Shown: in pieces, positions 28,247-36,768 of the stretch
Position numbering within the stretch: the stretch's first letter is position 1
Layout of the letters: each line of letters starts with the position of its first letter
Origin: a virus
Taxonomy: Duplodnaviria; Caudoviricetes
DNA: 62,000 bases
IMG/VR virus record: IMGVR_UViG_3300021963_000134
Location: 1 to 62,000 of that record
Direction: 5' to 3' (one strand)
Position numbers and translations under genes: made by a program
Notes under the pieces: model-generated
The model's database searches: none
What the model saw: only the letters and a program-made list of their open reading frames with translations
What the model was told of the DNA's origin: nothing

Positions 28247-28755
28247 ACGTTGCGCTCCTTTAACTTGGCTTCGATGGCTCGGGCAAACATCTCTGGTGTT
28301 GTGATGCCGTTAAATGGAAACGCAAGACCCAAAGCAAATCGTTTTGCCTCAGACAATACTTCCTCATCCGTCAGCCCAACCCATGACCGCTGTGCTGCGG
28401 GTGGGGTGGTGTCAGACTTAGGCTTTCCAACGCAAGGGCCGAATCCGCATTTCTTGCATGTTCGGGGATATGCCTTGCCTTGGGCACGTAGCGTTTCATT
28501 GCATGTGCTGTTATGGGAAGGCGCTTCGGATTTTGCAGCGTGGACAGTGTAGGTTCCTTCGCCCAAGCTGCCCCAATAATCAAAGTCGTAGTTTCCGTGT
28601 CCCTTGTAAAACCAGATGTTCAACGTGCCAACAGGCTCCTGCACAGGTGCTGAACGGGCTTGCTTGATGGCGGTAATGGCTTTGTCTTTTCCTTGCCAGT
28701 TAGCTTGGTTAAATTCCAACGCCTCCAGCGCCAGCTTCATTGCTTCTCGACTCAT
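28243..28755 (-). CDS. Mosaic [12 protein letters not shown]-module protein with Cys cluster
   Basis: [46 protein letters not shown]. Confidence 0.6.
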   Translation of the reverse strand: MSREAMKLALEALEFNQANWQGKDKAITAIKQARSAPVQEPVGTLNIWFYKGHGNYDFDYWGSLGEGTYTVHAAKSEAPSHNSTCNETLRAQGKAYPRTCKKCGFGPCVGKPKSDTTPPAAQRSWVGLTDEEVLSEAKRFALGLAFPFNGITTPEMFARAIEAKLKERNV

Positions 28756-28958
28756 ATGTCTTCTCCTGAAATCTTTAGTGCATCATCAGTAATCTGTTGG
28801 ACATACCGCAGTACATCCTCAAGATCAGACTTGTGAGTGAAGCGTTTGTTTACACGGTTCTTTATTTCCCACAGTGTGTCGAACGCTTCATCTGCGTGGA
28901 TTGCTCTACGGCACTTGTCAGTGTCCTGTGGATAGTTGAACTCGAGTACGGCCTTCAT
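28752..28958 (-). CDS. Hypothetical protein
   Basis: MKAVLEFNYP start, coupled. Confidence 0.5.
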   Translation of the reverse strand: MKAVLEFNYPQDTDKCRRAIHADEAFDTLWEIKNRVNKRFTHKSDLEDVLRYVQQITDDALKISGEDI

Positions 28959-29038
28959 ACGCTGCTCCGTTTAAACGCATCAGCAGTCTTGCCTTGCGCC
29001 ATGTTTTTGTTACGTCCGTCTTCGATGCGTCGAGCCAT

Positions 29039-29308
29039 TTAAATTTCGGGCTCGTGATGCTCCTCGTTGGGATCACCATCGTCGGATTCTGATTGTTCAA
29101 TTTCTCGCTTGTCCATGTGTCCATGATATTTCTCCGTTATCCAAAATCCTGCGTGATTGATAAGCATCCCGAGGGCCGTCATTTCTTCCGGTGTTCTGCA
29201 ACGGCGGTTAACGCCGTGCTCCCCAGTGCGATGCTTGTCAAATGCAGAGTTGCTGTTGAAGTACTGTTTACATGCTTGGCATTGATTACGACTGCCCGTC
29301 AGCTTCAT
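29039..29308 (-). CDS. FDxHR-type zinc-binding phage protein
   Basis: CQACKQYFNSNSAFDKHRTG...RRC motif; revised start MKLTG. Confidence 0.65.
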   Translation of the reverse strand: MKLTGSRNQCQACKQYFNSNSAFDKHRTGEHGVNRRCRTPEEMTALGMLINHAGFWITEKYHGHMDKREIEQSESDDGDPNEEHHEPEI

Positions 29309-29609
29309 GATCAACCCCCTCCCGCATAAGGCCCTTGCTGACCTCTTGCTCCACCAACTCAAAGAAGGAGAGCCCCGAGGGGAATCGCATCTGAGCCGCC
29401 TCGATGCCGCCAACGATCTTGATGGCCTTGAGCAAGCCCTCGTTGAAACCGCTGGTGTACTGGTTGCCAGAAGACAGACGGGCATCAATGCCCTCCCGCA
29501 CAATCTGGGTCATCGGCATCTTGTTGGCCTTTGAGAATCGCTTGAGTCTGACGATGTCCTTGGGCTCAAGGTACGTCATGAATGGTTTGTAGTTTGTCGA
29601 GAATGTCAT
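29286..29609 (-). CDS. Ribbon-helix-helix-like DNA-binding protein
   Basis: FMTYL...RLKRFSKANKMPMTQIVREGID pattern. Confidence 0.5.
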   Translation of the reverse strand: MTFSTNYKPFMTYLEPKDIVRLKRFSKANKMPMTQIVREGIDARLSSGNQYTSGFNEGLLKAIKIVGGIEAAQMRFPSGLSFFELVEQEVSKGLMREGVDHEADGQS

Positions 29610-29618
29610 TTTCTTTCC

Positions 29619-30011
29619 TCAGAAAGGATCGTCTGGCCATTTGTATGTTTCGTATTCCTTGACCAGATCGTCAAAGATTTGTTTGGCCACTTCATTGCCG
29701 TGTAGCTCGGTGCGGCTTTCGATGCCGCATCGTTTACACAGCTCTATCGCTGCCTCGTTTTCCGTGTTGACCTCAAGGTAGTCATGGAACTTGGGTTCCT
29801 TGCAGAGCATCCCCGCCTTCTGAACCCTGTTGTTGTACGGAGTGGCGGACTCGTCATCTTGAATCCGCACCAGCGCACAACCGTATCGCGCCCCAACGAA
29901 GTCACGCAGAATCTCTTCTGGGCACTCGTCAGGGTGGATCGCCAGCGTCAAAACAAAACCAGTGCGGTCTTGTTTCAACGCCACCTTACGTGCTTCAAAT
30001 TGCAGCGCCAT
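29619..30011 (-). CDS. Conserved hypothetical protein
   Basis: AGMLC...CGIESRTEL motif. Confidence 0.55.
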   Translation of the reverse strand: MALQFEARKVALKQDRTGFVLTLAIHPDECPEEILRDFVGARYGCALVRIQDDESATPYNNRVQKAGMLCKEPKFHDYLEVNTENEAAIELCKRCGIESRTELHGNEVAKQIFDDLVKEYETYKWPDDPF

Positions 30012-30414
30012 TTTGGTTTGCCTCGGTCAATACATCACGGATGTACTGGTCGATGATTCCCTGAAGGACAGCCATGCGAGTTGTCTTTCTGCCCGATGCC
30101 AGCGCAGAGATGACCCAGTAGTGGGGCTGGTTGACACCAACCGCAAAACCTTCCGTCTTGTTCTTGGATGCAAGAAGCGCCTCTGGCTTCTTTTCCTTCT
30201 TTGTCTTACTTGGAGGATTGCCCAAGACTTGGTAGACGTAGATGCTTGTCGCGCCAACAGCATCAGCGACCTGCTTGGCTGTGGCATCTGGATTGGCGGC
30301 TTTGTAATCCCGAATGCGTTGCGACATATTGATCTTTGGAATCTCGGTGATCGCGGGTGCATCCACTGGAGTGATTGCTTCTGGTGCGGGGGCTGTTTTC
30401 AAAAAATCCAACAT
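29995..30414 (-). CDS. HTH DNA-binding protein
   Basis: NPDATAKQVADAVGATSIYVYQV; GAGGAG RBS at the revised start. Confidence 0.55.
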   Translation of the reverse strand: MLDFLKTAPAPEAITPVDAPAITEIPKINMSQRIRDYKAANPDATAKQVADAVGATSIYVYQVLGNPPSKTKKEKKPEALLASKNKTEGFAVGVNQPHYWVISALASGRKTTRMAVLQGIIDQYIRDVLTEANQNGAAI

Positions 30415-30424
30415 GGTTCTCTCC

Positions 30425-30742
30425 TCAGAATGGAACGTCATCGTCGCCAAAGTTATCTTCTTGGCGGGTCTCTTGGCGGGTGTAGCCGCCACTCTTCTGT
30501 TCAGGCACGAAGCGGTCAACAGAGATCGACAGGTATGTCTTGCCCTGCTTGTCCACCTTCTTCCAACCAGAGAGCTTGACAACCGTCAGGCCGTCCTCGT
30601 TCTTGATGTTGGTCATGTCCTTGAGGTTGATGGCAATGTTGCCCCAGTAGTCAGGTGACTTTGGCCCCTTCTTGGAGGTCGAGGCACGAAGGGAGCCCGA
30701 GTCAGGGAAGGGCTTGTATTCAGTCTTTGGTTGGTAGGCCAT
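30425..30742 (-). CDS. Single-stranded DNA-binding protein-like
   Basis: KSPDYWGNI, LSGWKK...YLSISV, acidic tail GDDDVPF; adjacent to the annealase. Confidence 0.7.
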   Translation of the reverse strand: MAYQPKTEYKPFPDSGSLRASTSKKGPKSPDYWGNIAINLKDMTNIKNEDGLTVVKLSGWKKVDKQGKTYLSISVDRFVPEQKSGGYTRQETRQEDNFGDDDVPF

Positions 30743-31416
30743 TATTTATTCTCCGAAAGTTGCTTCTTCAGTTCTGCGAAGCGATTGCGAACCCGGTCGT
30801 AAAGATCGGGGTGACTTACTTTGAGCCCGTCAAGTTGTCCTTGATTGGCTTTCCAGTAACTGTTTAAACCCTTGACGTCAGTGCAATGGTTTGTGTAGGT
30901 CATCATTCCTTCTGCAAACAACTCTGCGTTTGCATCTGCCTGTCCAGTGTTGACCTGAACATCTGCCACCGCAGTACCGTCTGGAGTCACGGCCTTGATG
31001 ATTACAGGCTCTACTGCGTTGTCCTCTGGCAAGTCCTCACCCGCATAGATATACAGGCCCAATCCGTGCAACGCCAAGCCCTTGGTCATGCATCGCATGA
31101 TGGAGGTGTTGACCTGAAAGGAGTCAGGGTTCTGGATGGGTTGGTTGCGGTGGTTCATCACGGGGAGGAAGCAGGTCATAGGCTTGCCAAACATGGTGAC
31201 GGTGACCCAAACCATCGCAGTGCCATTGACATCCATGTAAGGGAACTCTTGGTAGGTGTCCTTTACCGCCTGTCTAAAGGTCTTCACCTCAAACGTGGCG
31301 GCAGGGTCAGCCTTCAAGGCCTCTGCCCATGCCCATGCCCATGACAGGTAGGACAGGTTTTGCTTCTTCTCAACGTGGTCGTTGACGTTCAGCTTCAACA
31401 GGTCAAGCTGGGACAT
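30742..31416 (-). CDS. Single-strand annealing protein (Sak/DUF1071, Rad52-like)
   Basis: VEKKQNLSYLSWAWAW, LPVMNHRN, MRCMTKGLALHGLGLYIYAGEDLP. Confidence 0.85.
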   Translation of the reverse strand: MSQLDLLKLNVNDHVEKKQNLSYLSWAWAWAEALKADPAATFEVKTFRQAVKDTYQEFPYMDVNGTAMVWVTVTMFGKPMTCFLPVMNHRNQPIQNPDSFQVNTSIMRCMTKGLALHGLGLYIYAGEDLPEDNAVEPVIIKAVTPDGTAVADVQVNTGQADANAELFAEGMMTYTNHCTDVKGLNSYWKANQGQLDGLKVSHPDLYDRVRNRFAELKKQLSENK

Positions 31417-32269
31417 TGAGTTCTCCTTGGTATTGGGAGCACCACTGGGCAACTCCGCAGAAGTTTCCGACACAGCGGCGGGGCTCTCCGAGTCTTGTTT
31501 CGACATATCCTTTTTCCTTCTCTGCCAACTCTGTGGCTTCTTCGATGGTTTTAAACACACGGATGGCAGTCTTCCTGCCTTCCCTCTTCACAGCGAATGT
31601 CGTCTCCGACATCCAGCGTTCCTCGTTGGAGCAGTTCTGAAGTTCCTCTTCAAAGTCTGCCCTCATCTTTGCCTCACGGTGCATCTCAAGACGCTCCCGG
31701 ATATACATCTCAGTCTTCACGCTGTCCCACATGGGGACATCCACCACGCAGATGGGGGAGGCGGGGTAGCCCTCCTTGCGGTCATGCCTGTTGAAGTCTC
31801 TGACCAGCGCACAAATCTTCAGGCCAACAACCTTGCGTTGCTTGACGGTCTCCACCAGCCACTTGTAAATGTTGAGTTGCTCAGTCCACTCTTCCTTCTC
31901 TTGCATGACTGCCCATGCGGAGGTGAACTTGTAATCGTGGATGATGATTCCACCCTCGGCCTCTTCTTGCAAATCGATTGCGCCGCTGATCTTGACTCCA
32001 GCCACCTCGGCGAATATGCGCTCCTCCTTGATCCACCCCGGTGTCTCGCCACGCTCCATCACCACATGAAGGGCAGAGCCCAGCAGAGTCCACATCATGT
32101 CGCTGACATCTTGCTTGATCTGGTCGTTGTACTTCTCCCGCATCCGGCGAATCTTGGGGGGAGACATGATCTCTGTGACGCTGTACTGAGCCTCACCCTT
32201 ACTGTAGTATTCCCGCTTTGCGAGGGTTACCAGAGGTTCTGGTAGATTGTGAACGTTCGTAACTTGCAT
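31403..32269 (-). CDS. PD-(D/E)xK exonuclease (Cas4/RecB-like)
   Basis: GSALH, ISGAIDL...IHDYK, EQLNIY, terminal Cys cluster; revised start MQVTN. Confidence 0.8.
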   Translation of the reverse strand: MQVTNVHNLPEPLVTLAKREYYSKGEAQYSVTEIMSPPKIRRMREKYNDQIKQDVSDMMWTLLGSALHVVMERGETPGWIKEERIFAEVAGVKISGAIDLQEEAEGGIIIHDYKFTSAWAVMQEKEEWTEQLNIYKWLVETVKQRKVVGLKICALVRDFNRHDRKEGYPASPICVVDVPMWDSVKTEMYIRERLEMHREAKMRADFEEELQNCSNEERWMSETTFAVKREGRKTAIRVFKTIEEATELAEKEKGYVETRLGEPRRCVGNFCGVAQWCSQYQGELNVPA

Positions 32270-32288
32270 CTTAACTCCGAAGGTTTGT

Positions 32289-32723
32289 ATGACTGACATC
32301 TGCAATGATAGTGATGATACAACAGAATTGCAATCCCTTGCACAAATTATTTTTGGTGAGCCAGCATCAAAGGCCAACAGCCGGAGGGTTGTGAAGTTCG
32401 GGTCAATGTCCCGTCTCATCAAGAGCCAGAAGGCGTTGGATTACTCAGATGTGTTTAAACAGCAATGCAAACCGCTGGCCAAGCTCATGACGGGAGACCT
32501 GAGAGTTACTCTCTGGATTTACTACGCCAGCCGAAGGCCAGACTTGGATGAGTCATTGATCCTCGACCTGATGCAGGGGCTGGTCTACGAGAACGACCGG
32601 CAGGTCAAAGAGCGCCATGCGTACTGGGGTCTTGATCCTGAGAACCCAAGGGCAGAGATACTGGTGGAGAAGATTGAAGAGATCGCCCCCAAAAAGAAAC
32701 CCCAGCGCAAAGGCCGGGGTTAA
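32289..32723 (+). CDS. RusA-like Holliday junction resolvase
   Basis: GEPASKANSRR, RRPDLD..LILDLMQG..YENDRQV, DPENPRAEI; start uncertain. Confidence 0.8.
   Translation: MTDICNDSDDTTELQSLAQIIFGEPASKANSRRVVKFGSMSRLIKSQKALDYSDVFKQQCKPLAKLMTGDLRVTLWIYYASRRPDLDESLILDLMQGLVYENDRQVKERHAYWGLDPENPRAEILVEKIEEIAPKKKPQRKGRG
32305..32333 (-). promoter_or_regulatory. Sigma-70 promoter for the leftward recombination/accessory operon
   Basis: Minus strand TTGCAA-N17-TATCAT, about 35 nt upstream of the ATG at 32269. Confidence 0.6.
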
Positions 32724-32873
32724 AGGAGAAGCAACTGCAAGGGGGAGAAACCCTGCGGCGTCAGTGTAAACGAAATCACCTTGGCCGGTTAGCGTGACGG
32801 CAAGCAGGCTCACCCGGTGAGCTACTACGTTTAAACGCAGCATGAGTCGAGTTAAGAAAAACAACCGTGAGTG

Positions 32874-32909
32874 CAGGGGTAACAGGGGTGGCAAGGGTGG
32901 CAAGCGTTT
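32874..32909 (+). repeat. Four imperfect 9-bp tandem repeats
   Basis: CAGGGGTAA CAGGGGTGG CAAGGGTGG CAAGCGTTT. Confidence 0.5.
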
Positions 32910-33004
32910 AAACACCTGTCATGCCAAATCAGCGATTTCAAAGGACAGACATCGCCTTGCCGATGACGTAAGGGTTTCCCCTCACGAACGTTCGCAATCT
33001 TTTC

Positions 33005-33033
33005 TTGCAAGCTCCAATAAGCTGTGATACAGT
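33005..33033 (+). promoter_or_regulatory. Sigma-70 promoter for the ncRNA/replication operon
   Basis: TTGCAA-N17-TACAGT with TG extension. Confidence 0.6.
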
Positions 33034-33040
33034 TTGTCCT

Positions 33041-33177
33041 GCTAGGTGTGGAAACCAAGCGAAGTGAAAGCCGTTAGATAAGACTCCGACCCCGTATGGG
33101 GTAGCGTCCTCCACAAGGGGATGTTTTTCCACCGGGGTCTTTTCTAACGGCTTTTTTTCGTCTGTACTTTCCACACC
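33041..33177 (+). ncRNA. C4/CI-like antisense or attenuator RNA
   Basis: Long stalk (33067-88 with 33133-54) carrying two hairpins and followed by a T-run; TTCCAC and TTTCCACACC are complementary to the upstream loop GGTGTGGAAA. Confidence 0.5.
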
Positions 33178-33250
33178 CCGCCGTACTCCGCACGACAGCA
33201 GGGGCCGCAAGTGGGGCCGCTCGGAAGTAAACCGCGACACGGTATGCAAT

Positions 33251-33392
33251 CGTGGATTTGGTGATGGTGAATGCGCAGGCTGATGCGCAGTAAGCTGGGG
33301 TGGCATGGTTACGTCCGAGTAGACAGTGCCGAAATAATCCCCCGCCTCGGAGAAGCCGGAGATCAGCACCGGCCACCATCACCAAGTCCATG
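33251..33392 (+). ncRNA. Structured RNA domain with kissing loops
   Basis: 19-bp closing stem with two G-U pairs; hairpin loops GCTGAT (33279-84) and ATCAGC (33362-67) are complementary. Confidence 0.55.
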
Positions 33393-33570
33393 AGCTAGGG
33401 GGCAGTTCCCGAAGAATCCGTGCGGCTGGTCGCATCATCAAGCCGAGGGTAGACGGTGAGAATCCGTCACATGATGATCCTGCTTTGCAGGGGTGGAACC
33501 TTCCCCTTCTCCTCACATCCCGTGGGGTAGGGGGTCTTTGGGTGGAAATTATCCATCCGGCGGAGGAGAG

Positions 33571-33804
33571 ATGGAAAGCATCGAATACTACAAGGCTGTA
33601 GCCAGCGAACTCAGGGAGCATCTGGATTACAGGAAGAGGAAGCCACTCCTGTGGCTGACCAAACAGGAAGCTTCATTGCTCCTCTCTGCAAACAGGCAGT
33701 GGGGAATTGATGAAAACAAATTCCGAGCGATTTACAGGGAGATACAGAAAAAGGTGACAGAGATCAACCGCAGAGAGAACCAACCAACCAAAGAGGAAAT
33801 ATGA
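33571..33804 (+). CDS. Hypothetical protein
   Basis: GGAGGAG RBS before MESIEYY. Confidence 0.55.
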   Translation: MESIEYYKAVASELREHLDYRKRKPLLWLTKQEASLLLSANRQWGIDENKFRAIYREIQKKVTEINRRENQPTKEEI

Positions 33805-34016
33805 GAGAAGAACGCATTTACTTTGTCGGCACATCGGATAACAATATCCGTCTGGTCAGGGCAGTTTCAAGGCAACAAGCCTTGATGCACGTTGCACACA
33901 CATCGTTTGTTGTACGCAAGGCAAGTCAGGATGACTTGGTTTCTGCGTTGACCAGCGGGGTCAAGGTGGAAAACTACCGTGCGCCAGATCAAACTGAACT
34001 CAACTTGGAGAACTGA
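33801..34016 (+). CDS. Conserved small phage protein
   Basis: RIY...RLVRA....QAL.HVA....VR.ASQDDLV motif. Confidence 0.6.
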   Translation: MREERIYFVGTSDNNIRLVRAVSRQQALMHVAHTSFVVRKASQDDLVSALTSGVKVENYRAPDQTELNLEN

Positions 34017-34017
34017 T

Positions 34018-34167
34018 ATGAAGAAGATCATCGTAGCCCTGACCCTCGCCGCAACGGCCACCGCAGTATGGGCAACCTGCACCACCCACAGCTACAGCAT
34101 CAACGGTCGGTTTGTCACCTGCACCACCTGCTGTTACGGCAGCAACTGCTCAACAAACTGTTTTTAA
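34018..34167 (+). CDS. Small secreted cysteine-rich peptide
   Basis: GGAG RBS; signal peptide MKKIIVALTLAATATAVWA, then 30 aa with 6 Cys. Confidence 0.6.
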   Translation: MKKIIVALTLAATATAVWATCTTHSYSINGRFVTCTTCCYGSNCSTNCF

Positions 34168-34210
34168 ACACAACCGAGGGGCAGTCGCCCCTCTCATTTA
34201 GGAGAAGCAA

Positions 34211-34465
34211 ATGTACGAAGAACAAAAGATTGACACCAGCGAGGCCATCGCAGAAGCCATTGTTGATGCCGCACACATCCTTGCAAACAACAGAGCAACC
34301 AGCCCAAACGGCACACCATTTGGCGGGATGGAACTGCATGGCATGACTGTCGCCGCCTCAATCAATAACCTTGCCGCCGCAGTCGAAGGCGTGGCGTTCC
34401 ACATGGAGCGCATCGCAGACGCACTCATCGACAGAAACACCATCGAGGAGAGAAAAGATGCGTGA
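34211..34465 (+). CDS. Hypothetical protein
   Basis: AGGAG RBS. Confidence 0.5.
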   Translation: MYEEQKIDTSEAIAEAIVDAAHILANNRATSPNGTPFGGMELHGMTVAASINNLAAAVEGVAFHMERIADALIDRNTIEERKDA

Positions 34466-34706
34466 TTACAAGGCCGAGTACGCCAACTACGATGGCACAC
34501 CCGAGGTCAAGAAGAAGAGAGCGCAGAGAAACAAAGCCCGAAGAATGCTGGAGCGTGAAGGGGTAGTGAAGAAAGGTGACGGCAAGGATGTCGATCACAT
34601 GACCCCTCTCAGTAAAGGCGGCACATCCGCCCGCAGTAACCTCAAGGCCAAGCCCGCATCGGCCAACCGCTCGTTTAAACGAACCTCTACCGGGGCCATC
34701 AAATGA
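34458..34706 (+). CDS. Small HNH-fold protein
   Basis: RDYKAEY..RAQRNKARR..GDGKDVDH..PLSKGG...NL.....ANR. Confidence 0.75.
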   Translation: MRDYKAEYANYDGTPEVKKKRAQRNKARRMLEREGVVKKGDGKDVDHMTPLSKGGTSARSNLKAKPASANRSFKRTSTGAIK

Positions 34707-36397
34707 TCGAAGCGCTCGTAGCGGATACATACTTCAATGATTCGACACGGGTGATCTGCCCCTTCTGCACTCCAGACCGCAGAAAACAAAACGTCAAGGA
34801 CATGACCCTCACCCGCAAGAGTGACGGGGCCGTTGTCTATCACTGCCATCACTGCTATGCATCGGGTTCAGTACAACCCAAGGAGAACAAATTGTCAGCA
34901 GTCCCAGCCGCAACAATCGTCAACAACAGGCTCACCCATCAACATTACCAGTGGCTCAAGTCACGGGGCATATCGGAGATCACAGCAGATGCCATGCGTC
35001 TGTTCTCAGCGGAGAAGTTCTTCTCCCGTCTCAGCAAACCCACACAGGCCATCGGTTTCCCCTACTACCGCAGTGGGGCGCTGGTCTCAGCGAAGTACCG
35101 AAGCATTGAGGCCAAGGACTTCACCCAAGACGCAGGAGGAGCGCATGACTTCTTTGGCATCGACAAGGTAGAGAAGGGCCAGCCTCTGATCATTGTGGAA
35201 GGCGAGATGGATTGCCTGACTGCCATTGAGGCGGGTATCGCCAACGTGGTCAGTGTTCCCGGCGGCGCTCCCGTCAAGGTCGCAGATGGCAAGGTACTAC
35301 CCACAGAGGACAAGAAGTTTGGGTTTGTCTGGAATGCCCGAGAGATCATCGATGCCGCACCCTATGTCATCCTTGCCACAGACCAAGACCCTCCCGGTCA
35401 AGCACTGGCAGAAGAGTTGGCAAGGCGCATCGGCAAAGAGAAATGCAGACTCGCCAAGTTCGGGTGGAAGGATTTAAACGAAGCATGGATGGACGACGAT
35501 CCGACGGCAGACGACACACCGACTGAACGTTTAAACAAGATCATCAATGACGCCGAGCCGTACCCCATCAACGGTATCTCAGAGGCAACGGCTTACCTCG
35601 ACAAGATCAATGACCTCTACACCAAGGGATCGGGTAAAGGGTTCAGCACGGGGTATCCATCGGTGGACAACATCTACACAGTCGCACCGGGGCAGTTGAC
35701 TGTGGTGACGGGTTACCCTTCCAGTGGTAAGTCGAACTTTGTTGATCAGTTGATGGTCAACCTCGCAAGGACATCGGATTGGAAGTTTGCGGTCTGCTCG
35801 TTTGAGAACCAACCCGAGGTTCACATCACCCGTCTCATGGAACTCTACTCGTTTCAATCCTTTTACGAAGGCCGAGACAGGATGAGCGAGAGCGCAAAGA
35901 TGGATGCGTTTAAATGGGTCAATGAGCATTTCCTTTTCATCGACACCAACGGCGAAGAACCCAGCACCCTTGAGTCGATCCTGACAAGGGCGAAGGCGGC
36001 AGTCAAGAGAATGGGGGTGCGTGGTCTGGTGATTGACCCGTACAACTACATTGAAATGCCGGGGTCGGATAAGACGGAGACGAATGCCATCAGCGACATC
36101 CTGACGAAGGTCAAGAAGTTTTGCATGGCTCATGATGTACACACATGGTTTGTCGCCCATCCAAGCAAGATCAATCGCTCTGGTGTCGAACAGCCCCGTC
36201 CAGACGGGATGTCGATCAGTGGTTCGATGGCGTGGTGGGCGAAGACAGACTGCGGGTTGACCATCCATCGGAAGGACAACTACACGGAGTTGGCAGTCTG
36301 GAAGTGCCGCTACCGCTGGGTAGGGACACAAGGGGAAACAACCCTGATCTTCAACAAGACGGCAGGGACATACTCAGAGAATCTGGATATGTTTTAA
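34703..36397 (+). CDS. DNA primase-helicase (T7 gp4/Twinkle-like)
   Basis: Zn finger CPFC..CHHC, TOPRIM IVEGEMD..ATDQD, Walker A GYPSSGKS, LVIDPYN, VAHP. Confidence 0.92.
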   Translation: MIEALVADTYFNDSTRVICPFCTPDRRKQNVKDMTLTRKSDGAVVYHCHHCYASGSVQPKENKLSAVPAATIVNNRLTHQHYQWLKSRGISEITADAMRLFSAEKFFSRLSKPTQAIGFPYYRSGALVSAKYRSIEAKDFTQDAGGAHDFFGIDKVEKGQPLIIVEGEMDCLTAIEAGIANVVSVPGGAPVKVADGKVLPTEDKKFGFVWNAREIIDAAPYVILATDQDPPGQALAEELARRIGKEKCRLAKFGWKDLNEAWMDDDPTADDTPTERLNKIINDAEPYPINGISEATAYLDKINDLYTKGSGKGFSTGYPSVDNIYTVAPGQLTVVTGYPSSGKSNFVDQLMVNLARTSDWKFAVCSFENQPEVHITRLMELYSFQSFYEGRDRMSESAKMDAFKWVNEHFLFIDTNGEEPSTLESILTRAKAAVKRMGVRGLVIDPYNYIEMPGSDKTETNAISDILTKVKKFCMAHDVHTWFVAHPSKINRSGVEQPRPDGMSISGSMAWWAKTDCGLTIHRKDNYTELAVWKCRYRWVGTQGETTLIFNKTAGTYSENLDMF

Positions 36398-36499
36398 AGA
36401 GAAGGGGCGTAAGGTGTGAGTGGCCCCTGCATGAATAACCGCATCAGTTGACCATACTGCCACCCATGCGTGGGTTGCATTCCTGTAGTAGGGGTCAGC

Positions 36500-36540
36500 A
36501 AAAGGGGGGTGAAGCTTGGACTTCACCCCCCTTTTTATTT
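36500..36540. terminator. Bidirectional intrinsic terminator
   Basis: AAAAGGGGGGTGAAG-cttgga-CTTCACCCCCCTTTT between convergent operons. Confidence 0.85.
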
Positions 36541-36768
36541 CAGCGCATAAAACACGGCGCTGATTACGTTGTTGTATCTCCCATAAATCTGGGGAGTGTC
36601 TCTGTGCGTGTAAACACACCAGAGCTGGCGTGCGGAGCTGTACTTGATAAAGCGCTCACCTCGTTTAAACATCTGTGAGCTTGAGTGCAATTCCAGAAGA
36701 TGGTCATACTTGGTTGCCTGTCTGGCGAAGTGAGGGCAGGGATCAGTCAGCGTCTTGACCTTACGCAC
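36535..36768 (-). CDS. Hypothetical protein
   Basis: Last ORF of the early operon. Confidence 0.45.
   Translation of the reverse strand: MRKVKTLTDPCPHFARQATKYDHLLELHSSSQMFKRGERFIKYSSARQLWCVYTHRDTPQIYGRYNNVISAVFYALK

Noticed and set aside
24714-28755. Diversity-generating retroelement template/variable repeats
   Set aside because: No reverse transcriptase ORF; the repeats are short and show no adenine-specific mismatch pattern.
31403-32269. CRISPR-Cas system (Cas4-like nuclease)
   Set aside because: No repeat-spacer array or other cas genes; the Sak/SSB context indicates a recombination exonuclease.
33251-33392. Canonical tRNA or tmRNA (ends in CCA, T-arm-like hairpin)
   Set aside because: No TTCRA T-loop, no 7-nt anticodon loop, and no tag reading frame or GGGG 5' end; kept only as an unassigned structured RNA.
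34458-34706. Mobile homing endonuclease or intron
   Set aside because: Short free-standing HNH coupled to its neighbours; no interrupted gene or intron structure seen.
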